From Chrysomallon squamiferum (taxonomy: Eukaryota; Animalia; Mollusca), in NCBI GenBank assembly GCA_012295275.1, contig CM022678.1:16740001-16804000 (forward strand): a stretch of DNA of 64,000 nt. The letters are read 5' to 3'. The notes below the pieces were generated by a model, which was not told the DNA's origin, did not search any database, and saw only the letters and a program-made list of their open reading frames with translations. Positions 22,773 to 47,154 of the stretch are shown in pieces. Within the stretch, counting starts at the first letter, position 1; each line of letters starts with the position of its first letter. Made by a program: the position numbers and the translations under genes.

Positions 22773-23710
22773 GAACGGGTGATGTAACAGAAGCTGACTG
22801 CAAACAAGGAAGAGGAATTAAAAATAAATTAAAAAAATAATGACTTTTCAGACTGAATTTTTGTTCTTTCTATGAACCTGAATTTTTCCATAATTCAGAT
22901 GACAAGAATTATAAAGGAGAAAGTATCTCCATTGGAAAGAAACAGAAATTAATAAAATTACATTAATTCTATTGGAATACAGAATCAAAAGAAATAATTT
23001 GTTGCTGAATTTCCTAAACTTTTCTGATGAGAGAGGGGTAAAAATAGGCCTGAGAGAAATTTGTGTCAACCTGAAAGAAGAAATTTCTATAACTAAGATG
23101 GTTGCTCCTATAATGAGTAAAGTGACCAATGTAAATAAACTAAAAAATATTGTAGGCTGGCCATTTCCACTTTTTTTTTTAAAAGGAAAACATTTAAAAC
23201 ACTTTTGTGACACATATACTAAACATAAATACAGTGTGTTTAATGATGAGTGAAATGTAAAAAGTCTATATATTTTTATTTGTAAATATCTGTAACTGAC
23301 AATAAGAGACAATTACATTTTGTGAAGAACAGAAGAAAATGAATGTTTGCATTCAGGCCGTTAGAAAACTGAGATAGTAAAATATTTGCTTGAGTATGTC
23401 TGTATGTGTGTGAGTGTCCGTTTTGCTGTTTTTATTTACATATCAATTTCATACAGAATCTGGTTTGAAAAATATTTTTTCTGGAAATGGAAGATCTTAC
23501 AGTTTGAATTTGTAATCATATATTGCGTAAAATATTCAGATAACCTTTTTTCCTGTTTTATACCAATAACAATAATTCAGTAGTGTGGTAAGGGATACTA
23601 AAACCTGTTATAATAAAAATTTAAAATCAAATAAATCTTCTTATCATTTTCTTCCTCTTTCATAGGTAGGAGGGAGTCTGTCATATAGAGATGTATACAA
23701 AAGTCAGTTT

Positions 23711-23812
<102 letters not shown>

Positions 23813-24088
23813 GTCTGTCTGTCTGTATCTCTCTTTACATGTTTATTCCTCTATATCTTTATATATCTGTCTCTAACACATTCTCTCTCTCTTAATATAT
23901 CTCTCTAGCTCTTTGTCTTTCTTGCTCTCTGTTCATATATCTCTCTAACTCTTTTTCTCTCTCACTCTCTCTCTATATATCTCTCTCTTTATCTCTCTCT
24001 CTTTATATCTCTCGTTACCTCTCTGTTTCTGTCTCTTTGTCTCTGTCTATCTATCTATTTGTCTCTCTCTTTATATCTCTCACTCTAA

Positions 24089-24119
<31 letters not shown>

Positions 24120-24522
24120 ACTCTAGTTTATCTCTCTTATTATCTCACTCTATCTTTCTCCCTCGTCTCACTCTCACTGTCTCTTCTCTTTATCTCACTG
24201 TCTCTCCCTCTGTCTCGTGTCCTCTCTTTGTCTTTGTGTGTGTGTGTATCTGTATATATTTAAATTTATGGGTTTTTTTATATGTTTGCATGTTTGTGTA
24301 TACCTGCGTGAATTCATATATGTCTTTGTGTAGTTGTTTGTGTGGTGTTATGTGTGTCTGTGTCTCTGTGTGTTTGCAGACTTTTTAACATTATATCAGT
24401 AGAGATGATTCTTGTAACATTAATGAGCAGATAACACACAAAATTATTATAGTAGAAACAAATGATACTGATCAAAATATCTTTTTTATTCAGTTTGTAA
24501 ATTAAAATCTTTGTATAATAAA

Positions 24523-24553
<31 letters not shown>

Positions 24554-24728
24554 ATTTCTTTCAGTTATATATTTCCTTATATATTGAAATATATAACTAT
24601 ATATATATCGTTTTCACACTTAATTGCTGTTTGTTTTATTATTAGTTATTTGAATTTTTATGTGTTTTCCTACATCAAACTGTTTTTCTTTATTACGTTT
24701 GTAAATAATGTAAAATCGTACAATAATA

Positions 24729-24817
<89 letters not shown>

Positions 24818-24948
24818 ATATTTTATTCTGTCTAAGAATATTTCTGCCTAGAGGTGTTTGTATGTATCTGTGTCTGTATATGTATGTATGTGTGCACGTG
24901 TGTATTTACTTATGTATCAATACATGTGCATTCGTACGTGTATACAAA

Positions 24949-25057
24949 GGAAATATTTCCGGTGTAGTGCGATCTCTATTCTAAATATAGACACACGTCA
25001 CTGTCAGTATGAAACAATGTCTATTTTTATTCCATGACCTACAAGGAAACTGAAACT
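24949..25057 (+). promoter_or_regulatory. Promoter of copy 2: palindrome GGAAATATTTCC (24949-24960) and ISRE-like motif (25045-25057)
   Basis: Same cassette upstream of ATG 25270. Confidence 0.6.
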
Positions 25058-25269
25058 CTCGATAGGGTAAAACGACCACAAACAACAGAACATTGTACAA
25101 TTTTTAGACAAATATAAGTATTTTTGCTTTCTTCTTTAAATGTTTAACATGTGAAGATAATGTACTGCGTATAGAAGAACGGATACTGGGAACTGGAATA
25201 ACTTTCTCGCTTACGATTTTACAAGAACACTGAGATACCCGATTGATACGGACGGAAGTTGAATTAAAA

Positions 25270-34416
<9,147 letters not shown>

Positions 34417-34459
34417 GTGAGTATTTTCGATTACCACCTTTTTAGAAAGCTCTATGTTT

Positions 34460-35005
34460 TTAAACCTCTCGTTTTAGTTTGTTTACACTGGTCACTTTAC
34501 TCATTATAGGAGCAGCCATCTGAATTATAGAAATTTCTTCTTTCAGGTTGACACAAATTTCTCTAAGGCCTATTTTTTTTACTTTCTCATCAGAAAGGTT
34601 TTGGAAATTAAGCAACAAATTATTTCTTTTGATTCTGGATTCCAATACATTTAAACTACTTTTATTAATTTCTGTTTCTTTACAATGAAAATACTTTCTC
34701 CTTTATAATTCTTGCCATCTGAATTACGGAAAAATTCAGGTTCACAAAAAGAACAAAAATTCAGACTGAAAAGTCGTTTTCTTTTAATACATTTTTTTGT
34801 TTTCCTCTTCCTTGTTTGCAGTCAGCTTCTGTTACATCACCCGTTCTTAAATGATCTTGAATAATAACAACCAATCTAACAGTAGTTGATGAATAAAATT
34901 GTACTGCTTCTGAAACGAAAAATAAAAATAATAGATTTTGTAAAGAAACAAACTATAAGAACAAACAAACCCAATTCAAACACATAAAGAAAATAGTAAT
35001 AAAAT

Positions 35006-35040
<35 letters not shown>

Positions 35041-36570
35041 ATAATAATAATAATAATAATAGTAATAATAATAATAATAAAAACAACAACATCAACAATC
35101 ACAACGATAATAATAACATGATGATAACTGCATATAAACAATGATTTCTAATGAGTAGATAATCCAAAATACTCACAAAAGTTTGCACCATTTGAAATCG
35201 TTGTTTTCTTAATCGTGACTCACATGCAAGTACATTAAGTTTTCCTTTGGTCAGTGCCTGGTCAAGAAGATAATCTATAGCTATAAAAGTACCTGTTCGT
35301 CACACACCATCAATGGAATGAAAACAATTTTAATAATTTTACAAATGAACTGTATTTCAACTGAGAAAAATAAAAAATGAAGAAGAAGATCAAGGAGAAA
35401 AACAATATTATAATGTAGATTTCAAAATAGCTACTGATATATCATTTCCATTCTGTATTAATTAGAAAACTAGCCAGAAGTTGCATAGTTGAAAAGAGAA
35501 CGACAATGTCAATTATTATTTAGTATGCTGTAATTCATTAATAATTTTGTTTATTCATTTATTCAAAAAGTTATTTCTTTATTTCCTTTTTTCTTTCTTT
35601 CTTTCTTTCTATATTTTTTTGTTCGTTTTCTTATATTTGTACTAAATCAAACAAAATTAATTAGAACAGTTACCTACGATACCTGCAGTGAACTATTAAC
35701 GGATGATCATCCCCCCTATCTCTGAGCTCCCTCACATACAGGATAAAATGAAGCAATGCATGTGCATTGTTTGGCACTTCTTTGTCCATCCAGTCCGTGT
35801 AGTGTAGTTGTGTCACAGTTCTTGTCAATTCTGGGTTACTTTTCTTAATACATAAACGAATCAAACAAACAAAACAAACAAATGCATAAAGGAAGGAACA
35901 GAGAAAAAGAAAAAGGAAAGAAAATAAATAATTATCAATTAAATAACTAAATAAGTAAACATAAGTAAAAAAATACATAAGATTTAATCAATTAATTATC
36001 TAATAAGTAAATAAACACATAAATAAATGTGTGTATATATATATATGTATATGTATGTATGTATGTATGTGTGTTGCGTATTATGTATGCATGCATATAG
36101 GTATCTACATATGGATGAACTATGTATTTATAGTATCAGAAAAAAAAAAGAAAAAAAAAAATAAAAAATTTAGGACCTAAGAAACTTTCTGATGGGTTAA
36201 AACTTAAATACTAGCAAACCTTCGAAAGATTAAAAATCCTAGAAGTGTTTGTTGGATGAACTTCAACTTGTTTCAGTTTGACCATAATGTCTTCGTACTT
36301 CTTGCTCTTAGTTTCAGTGTTAGGCCAGTAAAGTGAACATTTTGACTGTAAGAGATACTACTAAACAGAATTCTTTCTCTCTTTTTCTTAAAGACATACA
36401 CAAAACTATAAATAACACATGATTTTACATTATTTATTTACGTTTAAAATCTCATCTTTCTGTCTCTCTATCTACCTATCTACACAAAGAGACAGGGAGA
36501 AAGAGAGAGATTTAAACATAAAGAATGAAATTCCAAATATATACAAAAATTATTCACTGACATGAGAAAG
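34460..36570 (-). pseudogene. Inverted 3' fragment of a receptor PTP paralog (exons 10-13 plus part of the 3' UTR)
   Basis: Minus-strand exons 36345-36220, 35843-35683, 35312-35177 (acceptor AT, TGA in the GVGR loop) and 34909-34847. The UTR matches 22773-23140. Confidence 0.85.
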
Positions 36571-36575
36571 AGACA

Positions 36576-36684
<109 letters not shown>

Positions 36685-37696
36685 AGAATGGTAGTACATA
36701 CAACAACAACAACAATGTACTGACAGTGGTCTGTTTATTGATAATTATTTGGTGAAAAGGAACTACAACTTTAAGTAAAACTATCTTAACAGTGAACTGT
36801 AGGTTACTTCCCTTACATCATATACAGGTACGTGACAAAAAAAAAATATTAATATAAAAATATACCTTAAAAAATTAGTGTTCGTTTTTACACTGATTTA
36901 AGAAACGATGATACTACTATTATTATCATCACATTTTCTATTACTACTACTGCTGCCACTGCTACTACTACTACTACTAGTAGTAGTAATTCTACTACTA
37001 CTAATAATAATAACAACAATAGTAATAAAAATGGAAAAAGCAAATAAAATTTGTCCAGAAAATTCTTCTCTAATGACAGTAAATATAAAAAGAAAATTCT
37101 AATTAGCAGTTTATCCGAGTACCGGTTTCACTATTTAACAAACGTCTTCATAAAACATGATGGGCTTTGAAACGTGAGATAATGTCTCTGAGAATGGACA
37201 CGGAAAAAGAAAAAGAGATATTTATAAAGCATAGAAAGACTGAGAATCGACAGGGATAGGGAAAGAGGGAAAGAGAGAAACGTTTATAAATACAGAAAAA
37301 CTGAGAATGGTCAGTGAAAGAGAGAGATATTTAGAAAATATAGAAAGGCTGAAAATGGACAGTGAAAGAAAGAAAGTGAGAGACATTTAGAAAGTATAAA
37401 AAACTGAGAATGAACTTCGAAAGAAAGAAAGAGAGAGATCATTATAAAGCAGAGAAATAATGAGAATGTGACAATGGACAGGGAAAGTGAGAAAGAAAGA
37501 TTGACGATAACAGTAAATTTTGTTGTCATCATTACCTGGGAAATGTTCATTCATCACATTATCACATACACGTAATTGCTGATAATATTAATTATACATA
37601 GCTATCACTAAAACAACGGAAACACTTTTTCATTAATACATTTGAACTGAAGAGCACACACAATAAAATAATATAAAATAGCAATAACAAATAGTG

Positions 37697-37750
<54 letters not shown>

Positions 37751-38565
37751 GTAATAGTAATAATAGTAGTAGTAGTAATAAAAAGAGCAAAAAGAAGAAA
37801 AAAGAAGAAGAAGAAGAAGAATAGTGGAAGATTATTTTTCTAATTTGCTCTATAGTGTGAGACTGATTTTTTTAATTATTATAGTTTAATTAAATTTATT
37901 ATTCTTATTTTTATGTTTTTGGTTCCAGAAATGTTCTAATTTGTAAAAAAAAAATTCAAAAGAAACTGTGTAAATAATTTACAATAATAAAACCTTAATA
38001 TATATATTTTTTATGTAACATCCCATGGATGCATCTATGTATGTGTGCATGAATGAAAGTATGTATGTATGTCTGTATGTATACAAATAAACACAGTTTC
38101 TGTAAGTAGCTGAAAAATTGTCACTCTCACTGTATGATGTGACACAATCAGTGACATAACACTATTCATTTTGTAATGATGTCCCTAAGATTTGAAGTGA
38201 CAAGGTCTAAATGTCCATAAAGTAACTTGCAGATGGCTAAGAGACTTTGACAAGACTTCTAGTGTTGTGACAAGACAGAATCACGTACGTTGCATTTGAC
38301 ATATAAAAGTTATAACAGTTTAAACGACAGTCCATTACTCATTACTCAGCATACAGTGACTGTTTTGCTACGGTAGAAGAAAATGTCTCATCAATATGAT
38401 GTCTCTGTCAGTGTGTATATATTTGTTATCTATCGCCCGCCGAGAAAAAAATACAAATATGTACAAAGACAGACTGAGGAACAGAAACAGACACTGACAG
38501 GAACGTGAAATAACTAAATAATAAAATATATGAAATAATAATAATATAAAAAAATAAAATAAAAA

Positions 38566-38677
38566 GTTGGGGTTGAAATGTTGCCCCCAAGACGTGTCAA
38601 GGGCAATTTACGTAGCTTGTAACGACCGCACAGCCAGGATTTGAACTCCCCACAGTACGAGCCGTGACTCACCACGC
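38566..38677 (-). repeat. tRNA-derived SINE-like element truncated by the LINE
   Basis: The B-box half ends at accacgc and is followed directly by the LINE poly-A. The A-box half is absent. Confidence 0.65.
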
Positions 38678-38865
38678 TTTTTTTTTTTTTTTTTTTATCT
38701 TTATTAGTATAATCACCAGTTGTACACAATTAAAATAACATTAAAACTGTAAATAACAGTAATAAAAACTGTTTCCTCTCATACACTCAGTCACACTCAG
38801 TCACACTCACATGCATGCATTCTTATTTATTCGGAATATTCATATATATTTACAGTATTTTATAG

Positions 38866-41800
38866 TATTAATTCTTTTATCCATTTCCATGATATATCTA
38901 TATTGATTATTTGTAGCTTTCCAAAGGATATTTGAAAATAAGTATGTCATCTTTTAGTTCTAGGAAAATATTGCTCTTAACATATTTGTTAATAAAAATT
39001 GAAAGTTTGTTTTGAATACGATATTGATTTAGAATGATTTTAAAGCACTGATCCATGTAATTTCTAAAACAAATGTATTATATTGATATTTGTTCCTTTC
39101 ATTTGAGCTATTACACGCCTTTTGAACACTGATATTCTATAAATTGAAAGAATAATATTAATAAATTCTATTGTACTATTTTCAATTTTGAGATAACATC
39201 CAAATATTAATAATCTTTTTAATTGTTCTAGAGAAAACCCTGTTTTCTTAAATATATATATATACATATTTCATGAAAGATTGATATTAATTCCTTCAAT
39301 TCTTCACAATACGAAAATAAATGGCACAAATCTTCACCATCCTTCAAACACACTGGACATACACTAGATGAGATTTTGCCATATTTATATAATTTGTTAT
39401 ATCTATATATTATATGATGAACTATTCTAAAATCTAAGTCTATAAATTCAGTAAATTTATCACTATAGTGTATCCATTTCCAAACTGGTCTCCAGACTAT
39501 ATTAAAACCAAGCTCATTCCATTTTTCTTCACAAGTTGGTGCTTTAAAGTTTTTTAAAATTAAAATAGAATAAATTATTTTAACTGTAAATTAACTGACA
39601 TTTATCATTTCATTATTCTGAAACAAAAATAAATCTTTATTAGATGTTGATTTTTTAGCATTTCTCTTAATAGAACTTTTCCATTCATCTGGAAGTGATT
39701 TCTTAATAACATTGTAAGCTATATAAATTTGGTTTTTGGATAATTCTGGAGATTTTTCATGAATAATTTCTACAATAGCTGTAAAAGGAAGAAAACCTGA
39801 TATTACTTCATATGCAATATCAGCCACTTTGACTATTCCACTTTTTATAAAAGAACTAAATAATAATAATTTGTTTTTATATTTAATGAATGGATTTTCA
39901 AAAAGTGGCTGAGACAATATTTCGTCTGTATCAAGTGGGAAATTACGTTCTCCATTATTAACATAGTCCCAAGCTGATAACATTTCAGCATAAAAAGGAT
40001 TGATAACTTTTAAAGCTTCTTTACTGTATACTATTTTTAAAATGTCATAATTTAGATTCATATTCATATATTTTTCAAGAAATATTGACACTGTATATTT
40101 CCACACATTTTTAAAATTATTATCAAAAAATTTCTTTAACATTTTTATTCGAAAAGCCATTTTCTTTAATGAAATATCTTGAATATTTAATCCACCCGAC
40201 ATTTTATTTCCAATTATTGTTGAATATTTTATTAAAGGCGTTTTCCCTTCCCACATAAATTTACAAAATAATTTATGAATTTCATTTTCTACCCAATTTG
40301 GTACATTTATTGTGCTAATGATATACCACAGTCTAGATGTTAATAAAGTATTCCATACTTCAGCTTTTCCGTGTAAAGTAAGTTTCCTTTGACTCCATAA
40401 GTTAATTAGATTAGACATTTTAGCTAATTTATTTTTCCAGTTCAAAGTTTCACATAATAGTTTATTTGGTCCTAAATATATTCCTAGAATTTTAACATTG
40501 TTTTTATTTATTGATATTGGAATGTTAAAAGATAAGTTTTCAATCATGGTTTTACCAAGATAAAGTACTTCTGACTTATCTACATTGACTTTTGCCCCTG
40601 TAGCACTACAATACATATTTATTGTATTAAAAACATTTTCTACTGACTGAGCATCACAGACAGTTACTGTAGTATCATCTGCATGCTGAAATAATAAAGA
40701 ATTAAGTTCATTTGTTATTCTAATTCCATTCATGCTATGTCTTTTTTTAATTAAATTATTTAAGGGTTCTGCTACAATAACATAAAGCATCATTGATATT
40801 GGATATCCTTGTCTAACCCCTCTTGTAATATTGAAAAAAGGTGTTAAATGTCCATTCATTTTTACACAACTTTTTATATTATTATATAGTATTTTAATCC
40901 ACTTTATAAAATTATCACCAAAATTGAATTTTTTCAAAACTTTTAAAATAAAACTATGTGATACTCTATCAAAAGCTTTCTCTTGATCTATTTTAACTAT
41001 ATACCCTTCTGTATTATTTAACTCGACAATATCTATAATATCTCTTACTGACATAATATTGTCAGTAATATCTCTTCCTTTTACACAACAGGTTTGTTCT
41101 GATGAAATAATAGTTGACATTACTTGTTTATAGCGATTTGCAAGAACTTTAGCAATAATTTTATAATCTACATTTAAAAGGCTGATAGGTCTGAAATTTT
41201 TTAGGTCTGCTTTATCTCTTTTTCTTGTAAAATAAATTAATTACTCCTTTTTTTCATACTACGTGACAACATTTCTTCTTTCTGAATTGACATAACTACT
41301 TTATGAAAGACATTTTTAATATTTTCCCAGAATTTAACATAAAATTCTACTGTTAGACCATCCAAACCAGGTGATTTATTTCTATTCATTTCTTTTAAAG
41401 CTTCAGTTAATTCTTCAATTGTAATGTCTTTCTCACAGTTTTCACTTTCAGATTCCTTTAGTTTATTTGATATTAAATTTATTATTTCTTCCTGTTGAAT
41501 AATATCTACATTTTCTTGCGTAAATAATTTTGAATAAAAGTCATAAGCATATTGTAATCTATCTTCCGTTTTTCTTGTTAATCCATTTACTGTGTTTAGC
41601 TCTTTAGTAGAATTTGATTCTTGTTTTGATTTTTCTAAACTGAGAAAAAAATGTGGTATTTCTATCCATATCTAGATTCCAATGACCTTTAGACCTTAAA
41701 ATAGCACCATTACATTTTGATCTCTCAATTAATTTTAATTTTTCTTCTAAAATTTGTATGTTACTCAAATCATGATGATTATTTACAGCTAGTTTAGCAT

Positions 41801-42757
41801 ATTCTCGTTTCAAAGCATTTTGTATATTATAATATTTTTCGTTATCTGATTTTCTCGTTTGTATTGCAAAATTTCTTGCACATGTTTTCATTTTATATTT
41901 TAAGTTGTCCCACCAAACACTAGGTTCAGTCTGTAACAAAGGACACTCAGAAGCATCATTAATAACTTCAATAATAGCTTTACAAAAACTTTCATCTTTC
42001 AACAATTCATTATTAAAGATACAAATACCTTGACCTCTCTCTACATGAGAAAAATCTATTTTAAGTGATAAAAAATTGTGATCACTAACCGAGGTATAGG
42101 ATATGTATACATTACTTATAAACTGCAATAAATTTCTAGAAATTAAGAATAAATCAATTCTTGACTGTTTTATAGTTTTTTCAACTATTTGAGATCTAGT
42201 AAATTGCCTTTTATCTGGATTTCTGTGTCGCCAAATATCAACTAAATTATAATTAAAAATAACTGACTGTAATTCATTACTACTTTTCATATTGAAAGTT
42301 TTATTATTAATGCCTAAATCTAAATTAGGATCTAAAATTTCATTAAAATCTCCTGCCATTATTGTATTTTTTAAATCCACAAATTTACATAATCCTTTAA
42401 AAAATAAAATTCTTTCTTCAATATTATTTGGTGCATATACATTTATAAAACTGTATTCTTCTTCATCTATTTTCGTATTAATTTTTAAAATCCTGCCTTC
42501 AGTGTCGCAACCATTAAAAGTAAACTTATAAGGACATTCTTTTGATACCAGTATTGCTACGCCCCTTCTTTTTTTATTTGGACAATTATTATAAAATATA
42601 TTTCCTTCCCATAAATGTTTATATCTCTCAATGAAGTCATTATCCCAAAATGTTTCCTGTAGAAAAATAATATTTGCATCTTTACTTTTAAATGTTGCAA
42701 AAACTGAATTTAATTTTTCAATATCTCTCAGTCCGTTACATTTATAGACAAGATCAT
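38866..42757 (-). pseudogene. LINE ORF2 (APE endonuclease + reverse transcriptase), several frameshifts
   Basis: 41604..42380 has AGDFN, SRIDLFL and SDH. 39591..41120 has DQEKAFDRV, GVRQGYPIS, QHADD and KILGI. CPVC...HLFSYC lies near 39310-39360. Confidence 0.88.
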
Positions 42758-42859
42758 AATTAGAATTAGAAAAATTAGAAAACTATTACCCATTTTTAAA
42801 ATATTCTATATCTTGTCTATATTCCACCCACCATACTCGTTCATCGCCCTGGCAACACT

Positions 42860-44083
42860 TTATCTCACACTTTTCATGCGAGCTGCTTGTCTCTTTTTTT
42901 GTTTTCTATTTTCTACCAAGCGCCACAGTTTTTCTTCTGACGGACGCTTGATCAATCTCGTTCGACGCGTTGTTTTACTCTGCTTACTATTTTCTGCTTC
43001 GATGGTTCCAGCTTCCTTGTTAGTATTTTTCACTGTGGTGTTTTTATCAGGGGATTTTTCTGGTTTTTCTCCATTTTCCGATTTTTGTTTTTCCTTTTTG
43101 ATTTTCATTTCTGTTGTATTTATCTTCTGGATACTTTCTGCTTCACTTTCTTTCTTCTCCTTTGATTTTACATTATCTGTAGTATATTCCATACCATCAC
43201 TTTCTTTTTTCTCCTTTGATTTTACATTATCTGTAGTATATTCCATACCATCACTTTGTTTTTTCTCCTTTGATTTTACATTATCTGTAGTATATTCCAT
43301 ACCATGACTGTCACTGTCGCTGTTTTTTTGTTCGTCGCTGTCATACTCTATCCAACACTCACATTCATCCTCTTTGTTTCCACACTTCTCACACAGAAAT
43401 ACGTTCGGGCAGTTTCTAGCAAAATGTCCTTTTTGTTTACAGTTATGACACCTTATATTTGGACAGTCTTTCAACAAATGATTATCCGCTATACAGTTGT
43501 AACAGACTTTTATTTGATTGTCATGTAAAACTCGAAAATATTTTATTAATTCGTAAGTCCGAAATTTCATTGAGTATGGTAAACTTTTTATTCCGGGTGG
43601 AAATTCCACTCTCACATGTCTTGTTCCATCTGCAATTTTTGTCCCTTTGTATAGTCTTCTATAAATTGGTGATAGAATTTCTATTTTCATTTCTTTCAAT
43701 TTGTCTTCAATTTCTTCATCTTCAATGTAGGAAGGCAAGTGCAAAAAGGAAACTACTACAGTTTCAGATTTCAAAATTCACGTCTTTATTTTTAGACCTT
43801 TCAATTATGTTTCATCAATTTCCGTAATCATTCTAGCTTGTATAATATCTTCTAGTGTTATTTCATAAGAGTCGGATTCTTTGGGTACGCACGCTTTTAT
43901 CTCATTACCCACCTGGCCACTTACAAAATCTATCATGTCGCCTGCTGAAATTTTCTTGTTATCTTCTACATTTACAATCACGCTGCATTCTTTTTTAAAA
44001 ACATTTTTTCTCATTACTTCTTTTTTTAAATTCATATCTTTGATCTTTCCTTCGTAATTTTCAGATTCTTCCGCCCAAGACAT
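42860..44083 (-). CDS. LINE ORF1 (gag-like zinc knuckle), broken by a frameshift near 43790-43805
   Basis: ORFs 43805..44143 and 42860..43774. Motifs CYNCIADNHLLKDC and CHNCKQKGHFARNC, plus the Tx1-type ADGTRHVRVEFP. Confidence 0.85.
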
Positions 44084-44166
44084 AATACTTAGTTTACAAC
44101 AAAACCTTTCCGAAGCGAGAGCCGACGTGAAACGCGTCCACACTCGACGCCACCTTAACTGGAAGT

Positions 44167-44271
<105 letters not shown>

Positions 44272-44856
44272 ATTATAAAGCAGAGAAGGACTGAGAATTG
44301 AGAGTTAAGGAGAGAAAGAGAGATACATTTATAAAGCATAGAAATAATGAGAATGTGACAATGGACAGGGAAAGTGAGAAAGAAAGATTGATGATAACAG
44401 TAAATTTTGTTGTCGTCATCTCCTGGGATATTTTCATTCATCACATTATCACATACACGTAATCGCTGATAATATTAATTATACATAGCTATCACTGAAA
44501 CAACGGAAACACTTTTTCATTAATACATTTGAATTGAAAAGCACACACAATAAAATAATATAAAATAACAACATAAAATAGTGATAATAATAATAATTAT
44601 AGTAATAATAGTACGATGTAACACAATTAGTGACATAACACTATTCATTTTGTACTGGCGTCCCTAAGGTTTGAAGTGACAAGGACCAGATGTCCATAAA
44701 GTAACTTGCAGATGGCTAAGAGACTTTGACAAGACTTCTAGTGTTGGGACAAGACAGAATCAGGTACGTTGCATAAAATAACTAAAATATATATAAAATA
44801 ATAATAAAAAATAAATAAATATATAAATTAAAATAATGAACATAAAAAAATAAAAA

Positions 44857-44988
44857 GTTGGGGTTGAAATGTTGACCCAAGACCTGTCAAGGGCAATTTA
44901 CGTAGCTTGTAACGACCGCACATTCAGGATTTGAACTCCCCACAGTACGACCCGTGACTCACCACGCTCACCACTCTGCCAAATCTCG
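44857..44988 (-). repeat. tRNA-derived SINE-like element, uninterrupted copy
   Basis: Near-identical to 6140-6272. Confidence 0.7.
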
Positions 44989-45328
44989 ACGACAACGATA
45001 AGTTCTAATTTAAGCTATACAACCCGCATTCAGACTCAACTGATTAAGCTCTATATTTAAAATAAATTAAAATTGCAGACAAAAAATATATTGTCTTGAT
45101 ATAGAAACCCACACACACATACAAAAAGTAAGAAGTTAATAAATTTCAAAATTAATTATAAAAATGTTATTCTATGTTTATAATTAAAATGCGTCAGTGG
45201 AAAGAGGGAATTTCCCTTTTTTACTTGTTTCGTTTGTGTGAGTCGAATTAGCTTAACTTTCCGAGAAACACCCCAAGTGTGACATTGATAGTTTATACGA
45301 TTGATTAAAATAAGACACACACACTCAT

Positions 45329-45361
<33 letters not shown>

Positions 45362-45871
45362 GAGAGAGGTCGCACGAAGTTTCACAAACGAGCTGTTACT
45401 GTGTTGGATGGCGCGGAAGAGGATAGATCCAGTGACCCCAGAGACGAATTTTAAAATGTTTAGGGTAAATAAAACATGTTGGACAGTACTACTCTTCTTT
45501 CTGCTGTAGCTATTACTATTGCTACTACGACTACGACTACTACGAATATCACACAACAATAACGTATCAATAGGGGTGTACTTTCTAAAACGTTTCCTAT
45601 CATTATAATAATCACATACTACTACTACTGGTACTACTTTTACTACTATTAGTACTAATACTGCTACTACTACAACTAGTATCAATGCTGCAACAATAAT
45701 GATGTACTGACACGTGTTAAGTTACTAAACGTTTATTATTACTTACCATATTCTATTCCTACTATTAGTACTAGTACATTTATTATTGTGTTTATATGTG
45801 TACATATATTTTTGTGTGTATGTATATGTGTTTATAGGTGTATATATTTTGGTGCATATATGTATCGTCAT

Positions 45872-45910
<39 letters not shown>

Positions 45911-46638
45911 TGCACGCATAACTTTTGACATTCCTTCAACAGAGAACAGTCCAGTAAAATACGTCCTTTCTGAGCATATAACACATACAATTAATATAGC
46001 AGAAACACATGGTACCCAGACATTGTACTGAGAACAGAAATCTTAATATACAGAGACAGATATACATGTTTTATTTTACTTCACTTTAATTTAATTTATA
46101 TTGATTTAATTTCCATTTATTTCATTTCATTTTAATTCGATTATTTAAATTCATTCAATTTGTCTTCATTTATTTATTTTACTTTTGTTTTGTTTTATTG
46201 CATTTTACTTTATATTATTTTATTTTCTACTATTTTATTTTATTTTTTCTTTATTTTATTTTTTTATTTTGTTTAATTAAATTTATTTTAATCTTATTTC
46301 AAATCAGTTTATTTCACTTTATTTTAATAAGGAACAAAAATTATTAAAACAACAACAAAAAACCCAATAACATTCCAAAATAACTTAAATGGGATTTGTA
46401 CATTTCTATTATATACAAATATAAATGAATGTTTAGTCGGTTGCATTATTTACTGTTAATGTGTTTTATACATCGGCAGCTGATTTAAACACTCACATTT
46501 GTGTTGATTGTTTGAGTTGTTAAAGGAAAAGTTAATACTTGTAACATTTAAAACGGCGTGTTTTACTTCTTTTCATACAAAAAAGTGATATTCTTTTCAC
46601 TTTTGTATCACTTTTGTAAACAGATAATAATAAAACAA

Positions 46639-46682
<44 letters not shown>

Positions 46683-47111
46683 TAATAATCATAATCATAA
46701 TAAAAATAATAATGATAATGATAATAATAAATTAATTAATTAATTAATCAGTGCGTGTACATTCTTAAGTACATGCAAAGGAAGTATTTCCAGTATAGTA
46801 TGATCTCTGTTCTAAATATAGACATGCTTCATTGGAAAATATAAGAAAATGTTTATTTTTGTTCTATTACACACAAGGAAACTGAACCTGCAAGTAGGAC
46901 AGTAGCCGCTATAAAAGAAAGCACATTCTAGTATTCTTATAAAACAAATAAGTATTTTTCGTTTCTTTCTTTTGCGTCTGAATTATTTACCATGTTAAGA
47001 TAGTGTGTTACCTGTAGAAGAACTGACACAGGAAACTCGAATAACTTTTTCGCTACCGGATTTACAAGAACATTGAAATTCCCGATTCACGCGACGGAAG
47101 CTGAATTAAAA

Positions 47112-47154
47112 ATGTTCCCGATGATAATTCTGCTGTTTGTTTTATCTCAGACAG
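47112..47154 (+). CDS. Alternative first exon (MFPMIILLFVLSQT-) of copy 3
   Basis: Duplicate of 8458-8500. The upstream ISRE is a variant, GGAAACTGAACCT at 46877-46889. Confidence 0.55.

Noticed and set aside
22972-23253. 93-aa ORF with relatives at 34460-34645
   Set aside because: It lies in the presumptive 3' UTR, and the frame is not preserved in copy 3.
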